A stretch of 64,000 nucleotides of DNA from positions 330 through 64,329 of the forward strand of contig DATDZF010000009.1 in NCBI GenBank assembly GCA_035288785.1. The letters run 5' to 3'. Made by a program: the position numbers and the translations under genes. The stretch is from Candidatus Norongarragalinales archaeon (GTDB lineage Archaea > Micrarchaeota > Micrarchaeia > Norongarragalinales > SBBD01). Under the pieces are notes generated by a model that was not told the origin of the DNA, searched no databases, and saw only the letters and a program-made list of their open reading frames with translations. Below are positions 47,435 through 57,577 of this stretch, in pieces. Each line of letters opens with the position of its first letter. Position 1 is the stretch's first letter.

Positions 47435-48739
47435 ATGAAACGTGCCATAATAATGGGGGCTGCTGGCAGGGATTTCCATAATTTCAATGTGTACTTCAGG
47501 GACAACCCCGATTACGAGGTTGTCGCATTCACTGCAACGCAAATACCGGGCATCGAGGGGAGACCCTATCCTACGGAACTTGCCGGCAAAAGGTATCCGA
47601 AAGGGATACCCATCCTGCCGGAAAGCGACCTTACGGAACTTGTGAAAAAATTCAAGGTGGACGAGGTGGTTTTCGCCTATAGCGACGTGCCATACCAATA
47701 TGTGATGGAAAAATCCAGCATTGCCAATGCCGCGGGGGCGGATTTTACGCTCCTTGGCCCGCAAAGCACCATGCTCAAGAGCGTAAAGCCGGTAATTGCC
47801 ATCTGCGCTGTGCGGACGGGCTGCGGAAAAAGCCAGACGACGCGGAAGGTGGCGGAAATACTCAAGAAGATGGGGAAACGGATAGCAGTCATCCGCCATC
47901 CGATGCCTTATGGGGATTTGCGCGAGCAGGTTGTGCAGCGCTTCGAAACGTATGCCGACTTCGAAAAGCATAAATGCACAATTGAGGAACGGGAGGAGTA
48001 TGAGCCCCATGTCGAATGCGGCAATTTGGTGTTTGCGGGGGTGGACTACGGAAAGATCCTAAAGGAAGCCGAGAAGGACGCAGACATCATCCTCTGGGAC
48101 GGGGGGAACAACGATTTTTCGTTCTATACCCCCGACCTTCTCATAGTGGTTGCGGATCCGCATCGGCCTGGCGATGAAATGACGTATTATCCCGGCGGCC
48201 TGAACCTGCGCCTTGCCAACATAGTGGTAATCAACAAGGTCGATACCGCAAAGGAGGAAAACGTCAGGATTGTTGCGGAAAATGCGAGTAAGGCAAATCC
48301 CAAGGCACAGGTGGTCCTTGCCGAATCGCCAGTGAGCGTTGAAGAGCCGCAGGCAATCAGGGGAATGCGCGCACTTGTCATCGATGACGGCCCCACGCTT
48401 ACGCATGGGGGGATGGGGATCGGGGCAGGCCTTGTTGCAGCACAGAAATTTGGCGCAAAGGAGATTATTGATGCAAAAAAATTCGCGGTGGGCTCGATTC
48501 TAGATACATATAAAAAATACCCCCACCTTGAAAAAATCCTGCCGGCTATGGGATATGGCGAAAGGCAAGTTGGCGAGCTCCAGGAAACCATCAACAGGTC
48601 CGATGCGGAAGTGGTGGTGATTGGGACCCCAATTGACCTTGCCAAGCTGATTAAAGTGAACAAGAAATGCGTGCGTGTGCGCTATGATTTGCTTGAACGC
48701 GGCGGGAAGATCGAGGAGGCGCTGAAGCGTTTTGCATGA
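47435..48739 (+). CDS. COG2403-family P-loop protein (cyclic 2,3-diphosphoglycerate synthetase-like / predicted GTPase)
   Basis: 434 aa from MKRAII (RBS GGTGGGGG upstream); N-terminal Rossmann-like region, Walker A-like CGKSQTT. Confidence 0.45.
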   Translation: MKRAIIMGAAGRDFHNFNVYFRDNPDYEVVAFTATQIPGIEGRPYPTELAGKRYPKGIPILPESDLTELVKKFKVDEVVFAYSDVPYQYVMEKSSIANAAGADFTLLGPQSTMLKSVKPVIAICAVRTGCGKSQTTRKVAEILKKMGKRIAVIRHPMPYGDLREQVVQRFETYADFEKHKCTIEEREEYEPHVECGNLVFAGVDYGKILKEAEKDADIILWDGGNNDFSFYTPDLLIVVADPHRPGDEMTYYPGGLNLRLANIVVINKVDTAKEENVRIVAENASKANPKAQVVLAESPVSVEEPQAIRGMRALVIDDGPTLTHGGMGIGAGLVAAQKFGAKEIIDAKKFAVGSILDTYKKYPHLEKILPAMGYGERQVGELQETINRSDAEVVVIGTPIDLAKLIKVNKKCVRVRYDLLERGGKIEEALKRFA

Positions 48740-48823
48740 GAATTGCCGCATGCAGCAGGGAGAGGGATCGGAAAAATAGGGGAAAAATCAAACAGGGATA
48801 AATGAATGCGGGTATGAAATCAT

Positions 48824-49375
48824 ATGGCAAGCAGCAAAAACGGGGGGAAAGGGGCGGGTGGTGAATGGATTTCCACTGAAAATGCCCTGTTGGCACTTGC
48901 TGCATGCCTGGTATTCGTTGCCTCCTTCTATTATTTCCTGGGCCAGCCCCGGGAACACGATGTGCGCGGCCTTAGGGTTCTTTCAACTGGCGATCCTTAC
49001 ACTGAAATGAAAGCGATCCTTGGCGAGAAGGTTACAGCGATCAAAGCGGTTGCATATCCGGGGGAAGATGAGCGCAATTCATACCTCACACTGGTCACTG
49101 CGGAGATCGCCAGCGCATTTACGGCAACGGGAAGGAATGCAAGCATATTTGCATATGTGCCAGATGCAAAAAATGCAAGCGAGATGCTGATTGGATGCTT
49201 GCCGGAAAACGGCTACTGCACAAGCGAAAGGGTCGTAGTGCAGCTGGATGGCTGCAATTGCATGCGGATAGAAGGCGGCAAAATTTACGTCCTTTACGAT
49301 GTCGAGAAGATAAAGGATCCGCGGCTCCGGACGCAATTGCGCGGCGTTTTCGGTGGCGTATTGCAGGCAGGTTGA
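48824..49375 (+). CDS. Membrane-anchored Cys-rich hypothetical protein
   Basis: 183 aa; N-terminal TM anchor, extracellular domain with 5 Cys. Confidence 0.4.
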   Translation: MASSKNGGKGAGGEWISTENALLALAACLVFVASFYYFLGQPREHDVRGLRVLSTGDPYTEMKAILGEKVTAIKAVAYPGEDERNSYLTLVTAEIASAFTATGRNASIFAYVPDAKNASEMLIGCLPENGYCTSERVVVQLDGCNCMRIEGGKIYVLYDVEKIKDPRLRTQLRGVFGGVLQAG

Positions 49376-49521
49376 CGATGCACCAATATAGCAATATTGA
49401 TGACGGGGGAACAAGGAAACTTGAGGCTCATTTTTTGCAGCGCCAAATAACATGAAAAAATGAAATCCTTGAGGGAGTCAAGCGCACCTCAAATCTCCTT
49501 AGAAATGAAAAAAATGAAAGG

Positions 49522-50127
49522 GTGGAGTTGATGAACAAGAAACTTGTGCTAAAATTGTATGAGATTGGCGCGGTCAAGTTCGGGGATTTCGCCCTCAAAT
49601 CTGGGATGCAATCGCCAATTTACATCGACCTGAGGCTTTTGGTAAGCCACCCCGAATTATTGAAGATTGTTGCCAAGGAAATGAAAAGGATCTTGGACAA
49701 GCTTAAGTACGACCGTATAGCCGGAATCCCTTACGCTGCCTTGCCAATAGCAACAGCACTATCCCTTGCAACAGATAGGCCCATGATTTACACGCGCAAG
49801 GAGCAGAAGGATTATGGCACCAAAAAAATGATCGAGGGAGGCTATAAGGCAGGCGAAACAGCAGTTGTTGTGGATGACCTTGTAACAACTGCAAAAAGCA
49901 AATTTGAGGCAATAGAGCCCCTTCTTGCGGAAGGATTGGTTGTGAAGGACATCGTGGTTTTGATTGACCGGGAGCAGGGCGGAAGGGAACAGCTCAGGGA
50001 AAAGGGTTACGAGCTCCATGCTTGCATCCATATCACGAAAATGCTTAAATTCCTTCTCAAGCAGGAACAGATCGGCAAGGAAAAATATGATGAAGTTATT
50101 GCATTCCTGGAAAAGAATAAGGTTTGA
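49522..50127 (+). CDS. pyrE: Orotate phosphoribosyltransferase
   Basis: 201 aa; PRPP-binding motif VVVDDLVTTAKS. Confidence 0.85.
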   Translation: MELMNKKLVLKLYEIGAVKFGDFALKSGMQSPIYIDLRLLVSHPELLKIVAKEMKRILDKLKYDRIAGIPYAALPIATALSLATDRPMIYTRKEQKDYGTKKMIEGGYKAGETAVVVDDLVTTAKSKFEAIEPLLAEGLVVKDIVVLIDREQGGREQLREKGYELHACIHITKMLKFLLKQEQIGKEKYDEVIAFLEKNKV

Positions 50128-50165
50128 TGCGCAAATGGCGCGAACCTAAAGGTGCCTACTAGCCG

Positions 50166-50864
50166 ATGAGCGACGAAATCGACCTGCAGACCGCTTTTGC
50201 CTCCGCAGCAACCCTTCTTGGAAAAGGCGGCTACGCAGTGCAGGCCAGATTTTACCCTTATGCGGGCCTTAAGAGCACCATCAGGTACGAGGGTGGGAAA
50301 GTTGCGGCAAAGGTTTCCGACGGGTATGTTGCTGCGGATTTGGATTCCCTGACCGGTCTTGCCCTGGACCTTATGATCAAGTTATTCCGAATCAGGAAGG
50401 TGGATGAACGGACGGAGATATTCCTCAGCAAATTCTATTCCCTAAATGGCAAGGGCGTTTACGAGCTCCATGAATCACTTAGGAGGAAAAGGGGAAGGGA
50501 GCGCAAGGGCGCATCGGTTGGGAGCAACTACAACCTCCTGCCGGTCATGGAAAAAGTGATCGCCGAGTACCCGGACGTCTTTGCAGGAATCGAGCGGCCA
50601 TCGATCCTTTGGAGCCGCCACGCATCACGGCGAAGGCTCGCGTTTTACGATGCCGCATTCAACCAGATAGTCGTCAGCAGGAAGTTCGATTCCCTTGGGG
50701 CGCCGCAATTCTTCCTGGAATACCTGATCTTCCACGAGCTTTTGCATGCAAAGCACGACACCAAATACGGAAAGCGCAGGCGCGTCCACCACCGCGAATT
50801 CCACCTCGATGAAAAGAAATTCCGCAACTTTAGCGAGGCACAGGAGCTGATGGAAAGAATATGA
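50166..50864 (+). CDS. DUF45/YgjP-like zinc metallohydrolase (HExxH)
   Basis: 232 aa; C-terminal FHELLH...H...REF motif characteristic of the family. Confidence 0.55.
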   Translation: MSDEIDLQTAFASAATLLGKGGYAVQARFYPYAGLKSTIRYEGGKVAAKVSDGYVAADLDSLTGLALDLMIKLFRIRKVDERTEIFLSKFYSLNGKGVYELHESLRRKRGRERKGASVGSNYNLLPVMEKVIAEYPDVFAGIERPSILWSRHASRRRLAFYDAAFNQIVVSRKFDSLGAPQFFLEYLIFHELLHAKHDTKYGKRRRVHHREFHLDEKKFRNFSEAQELMERI

Positions 50865-51092
50865 TTCAATGGCGCATTGATTGGGCTTAAGCATTTGGGA
50901 ATATAAAGAAAAAACCTCGCGGCTTCCTTCTGGCCACAACTCACAAGGATCCGCCCCGATAAGAAAAGCAAACTCATCGCTGATTGTCTAATTCGATGCC
51001 CATGGGATACTCTTTTAATTTAACTTTCCGATCTCTATCCGGGCGCAAATGCCCGGGGAAGCGGAAACTGGCTTTAATGGAGGCAAATCCAA

Positions 51093-51314
51093 TTGACAAT
51101 TCCCTTCCCCTTTCAATTCGTGGCGATAGGCATGCCTGGCTCGGAGGGGCTGATCGACTGGAGAAAGCAGCGGATACCCATAGGCCTTGGGCTTGCAGGG
51201 TTCATCCTTGTGGCATTCAATTTCATCATGCCCGGCCTTCTGCTCCTGGTTGTTGCCGTCCTTTTCGGGGCCTATAACAGCGATGCCTCAATGGAGAATA
51301 AGGACACGTGGTAA
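51093..51314 (+). CDS. Small 2-TM membrane protein
   Basis: 73 aa hydrophobic ORF. Confidence 0.3.
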   Translation: MTIPFPFQFVAIGMPGSEGLIDWRKQRIPIGLGLAGFILVAFNFIMPGLLLLVVAVLFGAYNSDASMENKDTW

Positions 51315-51505
51315 GGTTGTAGCGTTGGCAGACTGGCTGAAACAAATAACGGCATATTTGAGGGCATTTTTAAAAAATAAATTGCGGAAGGCGCGGAATA
51401 GATCTTCTCACGGGTAGCATCCAACGCCTTTTTTTCCATTCGGCAACCCGTTTGCAACGTCATTGCCATCAATAGCATTAAAAACTCCTTTTCAGTCACT
51501 TTTAT

Positions 51506-51733
51506 GTGGGGAGGAATATGAAAAAACGGTTGCCAAAAGAGGTTAGCGTCTGGAGGCACCACTTCCTGAACACCAAGATTGCAACTCTGATAACGTTCTT
51601 TTTCGTGCTGCTCTCGTTCGCGATGTTCTCGAGCCATTTCATGGCAAACATCATCCCGAAGGACTACTACGTCTCCTTCTACGCACTCGTGATGATAATC
51701 CTGTGCTCGCTTTACTTGAAGACGGTGCATTGA
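51506..51733 (+). CDS. Small 2-TM membrane protein
   Basis: 75 aa hydrophobic ORF. Confidence 0.3.
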   Translation: MGRNMKKRLPKEVSVWRHHFLNTKIATLITFFFVLLSFAMFSSHFMANIIPKDYYVSFYALVMIILCSLYLKTVH

Positions 51734-51814
51734 AGGGCGAGTGGGCTGGCCTTAAATTATTGGGTAATTGAAGCCGCTATTTACAGATAAGTCTGATTGA
51801 GTAAGGAGGCATGA

Positions 51815-52864
51815 TCATTCGATCCTATACCGCAGCAGCGCAGCAATCTTGAACGCCGAAAACTCCCTTCCGGCATCATCCTCTGAGTTGAAAATAACCG
51901 TTTCAACGCCGGATCTTTCCGCCTTTTCCAAAAGGTCGTTCATATCCTTGTTCTTCCGGAGGAGCGCATCCTCGATCATGAGCGTATCCACCGCGCGCAT
52001 CCCGAGCGCTTTGCCCACTTCCTCAATGCCATAGCAGCAAAGCCCGTCCCCTTTCCCAAGCGATGCCTTCAACTTTTCCAGCAGCCCGAATTCCGTTTGC
52101 ACCTTCTGCTCCTTCACGAGCGTTTCAAGCGCGCCCCTTTTGAGGAGCTCATAAACGGCCGTTTTTTCGGCACTGCTTACATGGTCGTACAAGAACGTTT
52201 TTTCGAGCTGGGGATCCTTGTCCTGGGAGTATTTTTTGAATTCGTCCTTGGCAAAGCCGGGCGAGGCAATGAGTATTTTTTCGGATTTCTCAGAGGAGAT
52301 TGCCTCAAGCAATTCGCTGAAAAACTCCTTCTTTTGCGCCTCAAACTGCTTTACATCCCGCTTGCTGGCATTATTCTCCAGCTCAAAGGAGAATTTCACG
52401 CCGTTATTCCGAAGAGTGGCAAAAAGCGCCTTTTTCTCATCCATGACAACGATCAGCGCCCTTACCTGGCGCGCCTTCTTTTTCGCCTCGTCCACCAGCT
52501 TCTTGTGGTAGGCCGTGAATTCCACCTTGCGCAGCTTGAACACCGTCTGCATCTCCAAATCGATGGTGTGGAAGGCGCCCTTCTGGGCGAATTCGGGCGG
52601 AGAGCCGGAGAGGATTTTTCCTGAAACCCGAAGCTTACTCACTGATTCGGCTATTTCCACACTTTCAACTTCGAGTTCGAGCCTCACCATCTTCTTTTCC
52701 CCGGAGTCCGGCCTGAGCTTGTCCTCGCTCTTGAAGCGGCGAAAGCTCGTGGCTTCCAGTACGTCTTTGGGCTCGATTAGCTTCTGCAGCGCCCATAAAT
52801 CCTCCAAGCTTTCGACCTGCGCCTTCAATTCATGCATGTCGCGGTCGAACTTAAGTACGCGCAT
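51815..52864 (-). CDS. pelA: Pelota/Dom34 mRNA surveillance factor
   Basis: 349 aa from MRVLKFD; N-terminal EDLWALQKLI motif, eRF1-like domains 2 and 3. Confidence 0.8.
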   Translation of the reverse strand: MRVLKFDRDMHELKAQVESLEDLWALQKLIEPKDVLEATSFRRFKSEDKLRPDSGEKKMVRLELEVESVEIAESVSKLRVSGKILSGSPPEFAQKGAFHTIDLEMQTVFKLRKVEFTAYHKKLVDEAKKKARQVRALIVVMDEKKALFATLRNNGVKFSFELENNASKRDVKQFEAQKKEFFSELLEAISSEKSEKILIASPGFAKDEFKKYSQDKDPQLEKTFLYDHVSSAEKTAVYELLKRGALETLVKEQKVQTEFGLLEKLKASLGKGDGLCCYGIEEVGKALGMRAVDTLMIEDALLRKNKDMNDLLEKAERSGVETVIFNSEDDAGREFSAFKIAALLRYRIE

Positions 52865-52980
52865 AGGTATCAAGGTATATTTGTGCCCGCAGCGATATTT
52901 AAGGGGGGAAGTTTTTCTCCAACCCGCATCCAACTCGTAAGAAATGTTTATAAACTCGGAAAGGGTAGAGGTTTCTGAAG

Positions 52981-53409
52981 GTGACGATTATGAGACGGAT
53001 CATGTGGTTCAAGATCGGCGGGCAGACGCTGCATTTGCTAAAGCTCCTGGGAATATTCATCCTTGCCGCATCCCTCCTCAAAGTTGGCGAATCATCATAT
53101 GGGATTTTCGTGACTGCAAGCAAGGCGGAGGCGGCAACATTCAACCCGGAAAAAATCCCGGTCCTTTTTGGCTGGAGCCTTGGAGGCCCATCCCCGGAAA
53201 GCAAGGAATTCGAGTTCCAGGACTATGTCGGGGTGATGATGGGGCCCCTTGCAAGCTTCTTCTTCTGGCTTGGCCTTGCGACCCTTGGGCTCATGGTTTA
53301 CCAGTCCGGCAAGATCATCTTCCCGTTGGAGGAATATGAGCAGAAGATCCAGGAGCACCACCGCAGCCTCATAAGGAAGGCAGTTGAGGCGCACAAGAAA
53401 AAGAAGTGA
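52981..53409 (+). CDS. Small membrane protein upstream of sppA
   Basis: 142 aa; two hydrophobic segments, Lys-rich C-terminus. Confidence 0.4.
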   Translation: MTIMRRIMWFKIGGQTLHLLKLLGIFILAASLLKVGESSYGIFVTASKAEAATFNPEKIPVLFGWSLGGPSPESKEFEFQDYVGVMMGPLASFFFWLGLATLGLMVYQSGKIIFPLEEYEQKIQEHHRSLIRKAVEAHKKKK

Positions 53410-53550
53410 GCATGCGCAAAGTCTCTGGAAAGTAAGGTGAAAGTCTGCAAATTGAAGCAAAATGAGCGCAGCCCTCATGCAATAAAATTAGGCATTGAAG
53501 AAATTCAGCAACCGGAAGCTCATCAACTTTTAAATTAAATTCCCCTAGCT

Positions 53551-54513
53551 TTGCGTATGGGAAAAATGGATATCGACAGCACACCAGCGCCGCAGCCGCT
53601 ATGGAAGATGATGGTGAAGTTCATCGGGGGCATTTTCATCTTACTCCTAGTGATTTCTTTTTTCATGCCTTCTGTCAGCAACGAATGCATAGGGAGGGTG
53701 AAAATTGCAGGCGAGATAGTCTATGATGCGCCGGATTCGCTCTTCGGGGGCTCCGAAATGTCAACTGCAACAGAAACCGTCAAGCTCTTGAAGGAGGCCG
53801 ATGGGGATGAGAGGGTCAAAGTGGTGCTCCTTGAAATCAATTCGCCCGGGGGCTCAGCTGTTGCAAGCAAGGAAATCTATGATGAAGTAAGGGCGATGGA
53901 AAAGCCCACTCTCGTATACATGACGGAAATGGCTGCATCTGGAGGGTACTACATCAGCTCCGGCTCGGATTACATCATCGCGCACCCCAATTCACTAACA
54001 GGCTCAATTGGCGCACGCGGGACTTTCCTTAATTACGAAGGGCTGTTTGAAAAGCTTGGGCTGCGCGAGGAAACCATCAAGAGCGGCGAACTCAAGGACA
54101 TCGGTGCGGGCTATAGGAACCTAACCGACAAGGAAAGGGAGATCTTGCAAGCAATCATAGATGAAACATTTGGAATTTTCAGGAAGGATGTCGAGGAGGG
54201 AAGGAAGGGAAAACTTGACGCGATGCTCTTTAATGAAGCATTGGATGCCAGAATACTTACCGCCTCGCAGGCAAAGCGCATAGGGCTCATTGACGATATA
54301 GGCGGCATTCAGGTAGTGATGAAGAAGGCAAACCAGATGGCCGGATACGAGAAACAAACATCGGATCCCGGGGAAACACTTCCGTTTTGCGAATTTGGGG
54401 GAAGGCGGGGCTTGGACATTTTCGGGGGGCTTTCCGCAGGAATTGGGGAAAGCATTGCCAAAGGATTCATCTTAGGGCTTAATGAGAGGCGGGTTTCCGT
54501 CGATTACAAATAA
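53551..54513 (+). CDS. sppA: Signal peptide peptidase SppA (S49)
   Basis: 320 aa; N-terminal TM, S49 catalytic Ser context (MAASGGYY) and Lys region. Confidence 0.8.
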   Translation: MRMGKMDIDSTPAPQPLWKMMVKFIGGIFILLLVISFFMPSVSNECIGRVKIAGEIVYDAPDSLFGGSEMSTATETVKLLKEADGDERVKVVLLEINSPGGSAVASKEIYDEVRAMEKPTLVYMTEMAASGGYYISSGSDYIIAHPNSLTGSIGARGTFLNYEGLFEKLGLREETIKSGELKDIGAGYRNLTDKEREILQAIIDETFGIFRKDVEEGRKGKLDAMLFNEALDARILTASQAKRIGLIDDIGGIQVVMKKANQMAGYEKQTSDPGETLPFCEFGGRRGLDIFGGLSAGIGESIAKGFILGLNERRVSVDYK

Positions 54514-54522
54514 AAAAGACCA

Positions 54523-56178
54523 CTAGTGCTGACGGGGATCGTGCCCGGAAGCCTCGTGCTTGATGCTCTCCAAGTGACCATGGCCTCCGGAATGGCTATC
54601 GAGCTCCTCCGAGCGCCTTCCTGTCATCAGGAAAACTAGCACCCCGGCAATGATTATCAGTGCCAGGACGACGTTTTGCGAATTCAGAGTGAACATCCCC
54701 GTAAATCCGCCCGCTTTCCCGGAAATCGATGGAAGTTTTTGGGAAGCGATGGTTTTGCCATCCTGCATCAATACCAATATCGGCAAGGCATCTTCCTGCG
54801 AGTTCGAAATGATTTGGAACTCCACGATGGCAGTGCCATGCGCCCGGATTGAGAGCGGGTCTAGCCCCTTTACCTCCCAGCCAGGCGGCAACCCTTTCAC
54901 TTCGGGCGTAGCATCCTCAAGATGCGCATCCCCCTCGTTGCGGATGGTCGCAATGACGGTAAGCACATTGTCCTTTTGCTGGTTTTCAAATTCCATTTCG
55001 ACATTGCCGGAGGTTTGGATTAAACCGGTTTCCTTTTCGACCTTCAAGACAGTCTCGCTTGTTTCCTCGGATTCCTCGGATTGCGCCAAATATTGGATCC
55101 GGTAAGTTCCCGGGCTAAGCTTGGATGTGTCGACATTGACATCAACGATCTTCTTTGCTCCGGGCTTGAGAGTAAAGGACTGCGGATCTACTGTTAGATA
55201 ATTCTGAATCTCGTTATTGGAGGCAAAGAAGGAATAATGCTGGAGAGTCGAGCCGTCATTGACTACCTCCAGCTGGATCGCCATATCCTTCGTAGTCCTT
55301 CCCGTTACAGTTGAAGGCGCAAAAATCGCGGTTTTGAAATCATCGAACAGGTCAATGCAAACGTCCTTTTCCGCAACGAGCTCGTCAAGATGGAGGACTT
55401 GGAGGGTAACATACTGCCTAACTGCCGCAGCCTCTAGGCTTGGCCGGATATCTACAGATACCTCATCCGAAGAGCCCCTTTGCAGCGCAATGTAGTCCTT
55501 GGATGGGAATGCATCAATGCTGGAATCGGTGACCACGCGCATATCAAAATTGCCAGCAGCGCCGCGGTTGGAAACCGTGAGCCTAACCCTTCCGACTTCC
55601 CCGCGCTTTACTTTTTCGCAGGATTCGCCGCCAGTAATCCTTAGTGCATAAGCGGTAGGATCGAAGGATTCTGAAAATACGAGCCGGCTCCTTTTTGGAT
55701 CAATGGTATTTACATGGAAGGGATCGGCCGAACCCGATGCGGTCCCTGAAATGAATTGGTTGGTTGGCGCGTAGCCTTCAATATATGAAGAGCAGATTTT
55801 AGCGGGTTCCACGTAAGCGATGACCTTGCGCTTTGCTACCTCACAACCAGTGGATGAGCATAATTGGGCAAATATTTCAACCACTTCAGAGCCCCGAAAA
55901 CAGTCGGGCGCAGTAACACGTATGAAGGCGCCGCCGGTGGCTCCTGGCGCAACTGTGGTCGAATAGGGCTCAACAAAAGCGGAGAGCTTGTTGCCATCCA
56001 CTGACAGGTAAAGGCTGCGCCTTTCTGAGGCTGTATTTTTCACATACGCAAAGAGCTTTCCTTCGGTGGATTGGATGGAGATGGAATCCTCAGAGGTTTT
56101 GAGCTCGATTGCATTTACCGAAACGATCAATGCGGCAACTACCAAAATAAGGCCTGCAACTAATATTTTGAAGTCCAT
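54523..56178 (-). CDS. Surface protein with N-terminal signal peptide, C-terminal TM anchor and His-rich tail
   Basis: 551 aa; beta-rich repetitive ectodomain; C-terminal VLALIIIAGVLVFLM helix followed by ...HSGGHGHLESIKHEASGHD. Confidence 0.55.
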   Translation of the reverse strand: MDFKILVAGLILVVAALIVSVNAIELKTSEDSISIQSTEGKLFAYVKNTASERRSLYLSVDGNKLSAFVEPYSTTVAPGATGGAFIRVTAPDCFRGSEVVEIFAQLCSSTGCEVAKRKVIAYVEPAKICSSYIEGYAPTNQFISGTASGSADPFHVNTIDPKRSRLVFSESFDPTAYALRITGGESCEKVKRGEVGRVRLTVSNRGAAGNFDMRVVTDSSIDAFPSKDYIALQRGSSDEVSVDIRPSLEAAAVRQYVTLQVLHLDELVAEKDVCIDLFDDFKTAIFAPSTVTGRTTKDMAIQLEVVNDGSTLQHYSFFASNNEIQNYLTVDPQSFTLKPGAKKIVDVNVDTSKLSPGTYRIQYLAQSEESEETSETVLKVEKETGLIQTSGNVEMEFENQQKDNVLTVIATIRNEGDAHLEDATPEVKGLPPGWEVKGLDPLSIRAHGTAIVEFQIISNSQEDALPILVLMQDGKTIASQKLPSISGKAGGFTGMFTLNSQNVVLALIIIAGVLVFLMTGRRSEELDSHSGGHGHLESIKHEASGHDPRQH

Positions 56179-56257
56179 TCTATCACCACACTATAAGCCG
56201 ACGTCAACCCAAGCGAAAATATTTTATGCACTTCCCGATATTTAAAGGTTTGCTTTT

Positions 56258-56276
56258 GTTACTATTCATCAGTAAC
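56258..56276 (+). promoter_or_regulatory. Inverted repeat GTTACT-N7-AGTAAC abutting the TATA box of the TrmB-family regulator gene
   Basis: Perfect 6-bp arms read directly from the sequence; followed by TTTATATA at 56281..56288 and ATG at 56309. Confidence 0.45.
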
Positions 56277-56280
56277 AACA

Positions 56281-56288
56281 TTTATATA
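56281..56288 (+). promoter_or_regulatory. TATA box (TTTATATA) for the TrmB-family regulator gene, leaderless spacing
   Basis: 21 nt between TATA end and the ATG, implying a leaderless transcript. Confidence 0.45.
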
Positions 56289-56308
56289 GGAGTTGCCCCC
56301 TAAACATA

Positions 56309-57319
56309 ATGCAAGTGTTACGTATGGACAGCGAAGCTACTCATAATGTTGCTGAAAACGAGGCGGAGGCAGCCATTTTAGCCAAGAAAGGCGAAGGGAT
56401 AAAGGGCATAGGCGCTGGGGAGGGGGACAAAGGCCAAATATCGGGGGATGAACGCTCTGAAAAGGCTACGGAAAGCCCAAGTGATGCTGGCGATACATAT
56501 AAAAACCACCTTTCAGTAGGCAATATCGATATTATGCAAAACCCCCAGTTGCAAAATCAGCTTCGGAACCTGGGTTTGAACCAATATGAGGCGCAGGCAT
56601 ATTTGGCGTTGTCACTGGGCGGTGTTAACACTGCAGGGGATATTGCTGAAGTAGGCAAGATTGCAAGGCCCCGGGTTTACGATGTCCTTGACAAATTGCA
56701 GGAAAAGGGCTTTGCCGCAATCAAAGCCGGAAGGCCCGTGAAATATGCGGCAGTTCCAATCATAGAAGCAATCCAAACGCTCAAAAAGCACAAGGAAACC
56801 GCGCTCATGGAAGAGCTTTCCAAAATCGAGGAACTCGGAGGTACGTTGAAAAAAGGGCTAGACAAGGGTGCTGGCGGCAAAAAGTTCGACGTGGAGGAAT
56901 CAGTTTGGACCTTGAAGGGCCGCAACTCCATATATAGCCGGATTGGGGATATGCTCTCAAATGCGAAAAACGTCGTTGTTGTCAACTCACATCCCGATGG
57001 AGTGGTGGAGAAAATCAAGTCAAACATCCAACATTTCGAGAAGGCGCGCGCAAGGGGGGTCAAGATACACGTGGTTTCGCCGATTTCTGAAATACAGGAT
57101 AAGCGGCATGCGCTGCATTCTAGCAACTCGCAGGTAGCCAAAATCGCACATACAATCATTGACAGGAAGCTCCCAACAAGGATGGTGCTTGCGGATGACG
57201 AGGCAATGATCTTCCTTACCAACCCGGAAGTGCCAGCTGAGGAGGAAGTTGGGCTTTGGATGAAGAATGCGCATATGGCCTCGACCCTTAGGGAAATTGC
57301 CCTGAAGGGGAAGGACTGA
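56309..57319 (+). CDS. TrmB-family transcriptional regulator with acidic N-terminal extension
   Basis: 336 aa; wHTH region LGLNQYEAQAYLALSLGGVNTAGDIAEVGKIARPRVYDVLDKLQEKGF; C-terminal sugar-binding-like domain. Confidence 0.7.
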   Translation: MQVLRMDSEATHNVAENEAEAAILAKKGEGIKGIGAGEGDKGQISGDERSEKATESPSDAGDTYKNHLSVGNIDIMQNPQLQNQLRNLGLNQYEAQAYLALSLGGVNTAGDIAEVGKIARPRVYDVLDKLQEKGFAAIKAGRPVKYAAVPIIEAIQTLKKHKETALMEELSKIEELGGTLKKGLDKGAGGKKFDVEESVWTLKGRNSIYSRIGDMLSNAKNVVVVNSHPDGVVEKIKSNIQHFEKARARGVKIHVVSPISEIQDKRHALHSSNSQVAKIAHTIIDRKLPTRMVLADDEAMIFLTNPEVPAEEEVGLWMKNAHMASTLREIALKGKD

Positions 57320-57577
57320 TTTTTAGGTATTTAGGCGAATTGGAGGGAAATGAAGGGAAGGAGGGCGGGCCAGACTTGCCCTTCAAGCTCAGGCTATTGC
57401 ATAAAGCTCTAATTCTGTTAAGTTGGTATTCATTTAACAAGTATGGAGGCAAAGAGTATGCCTATGATGATGAAGAATGCCAAATCCTCCTTATCCCAGC
57501 CATTGACCATAGCGGATCCCTTGGAAATATCAATGAAAAGGCGCTTAAAAAGGCTATAGCCGCTATAGGACGGAATA

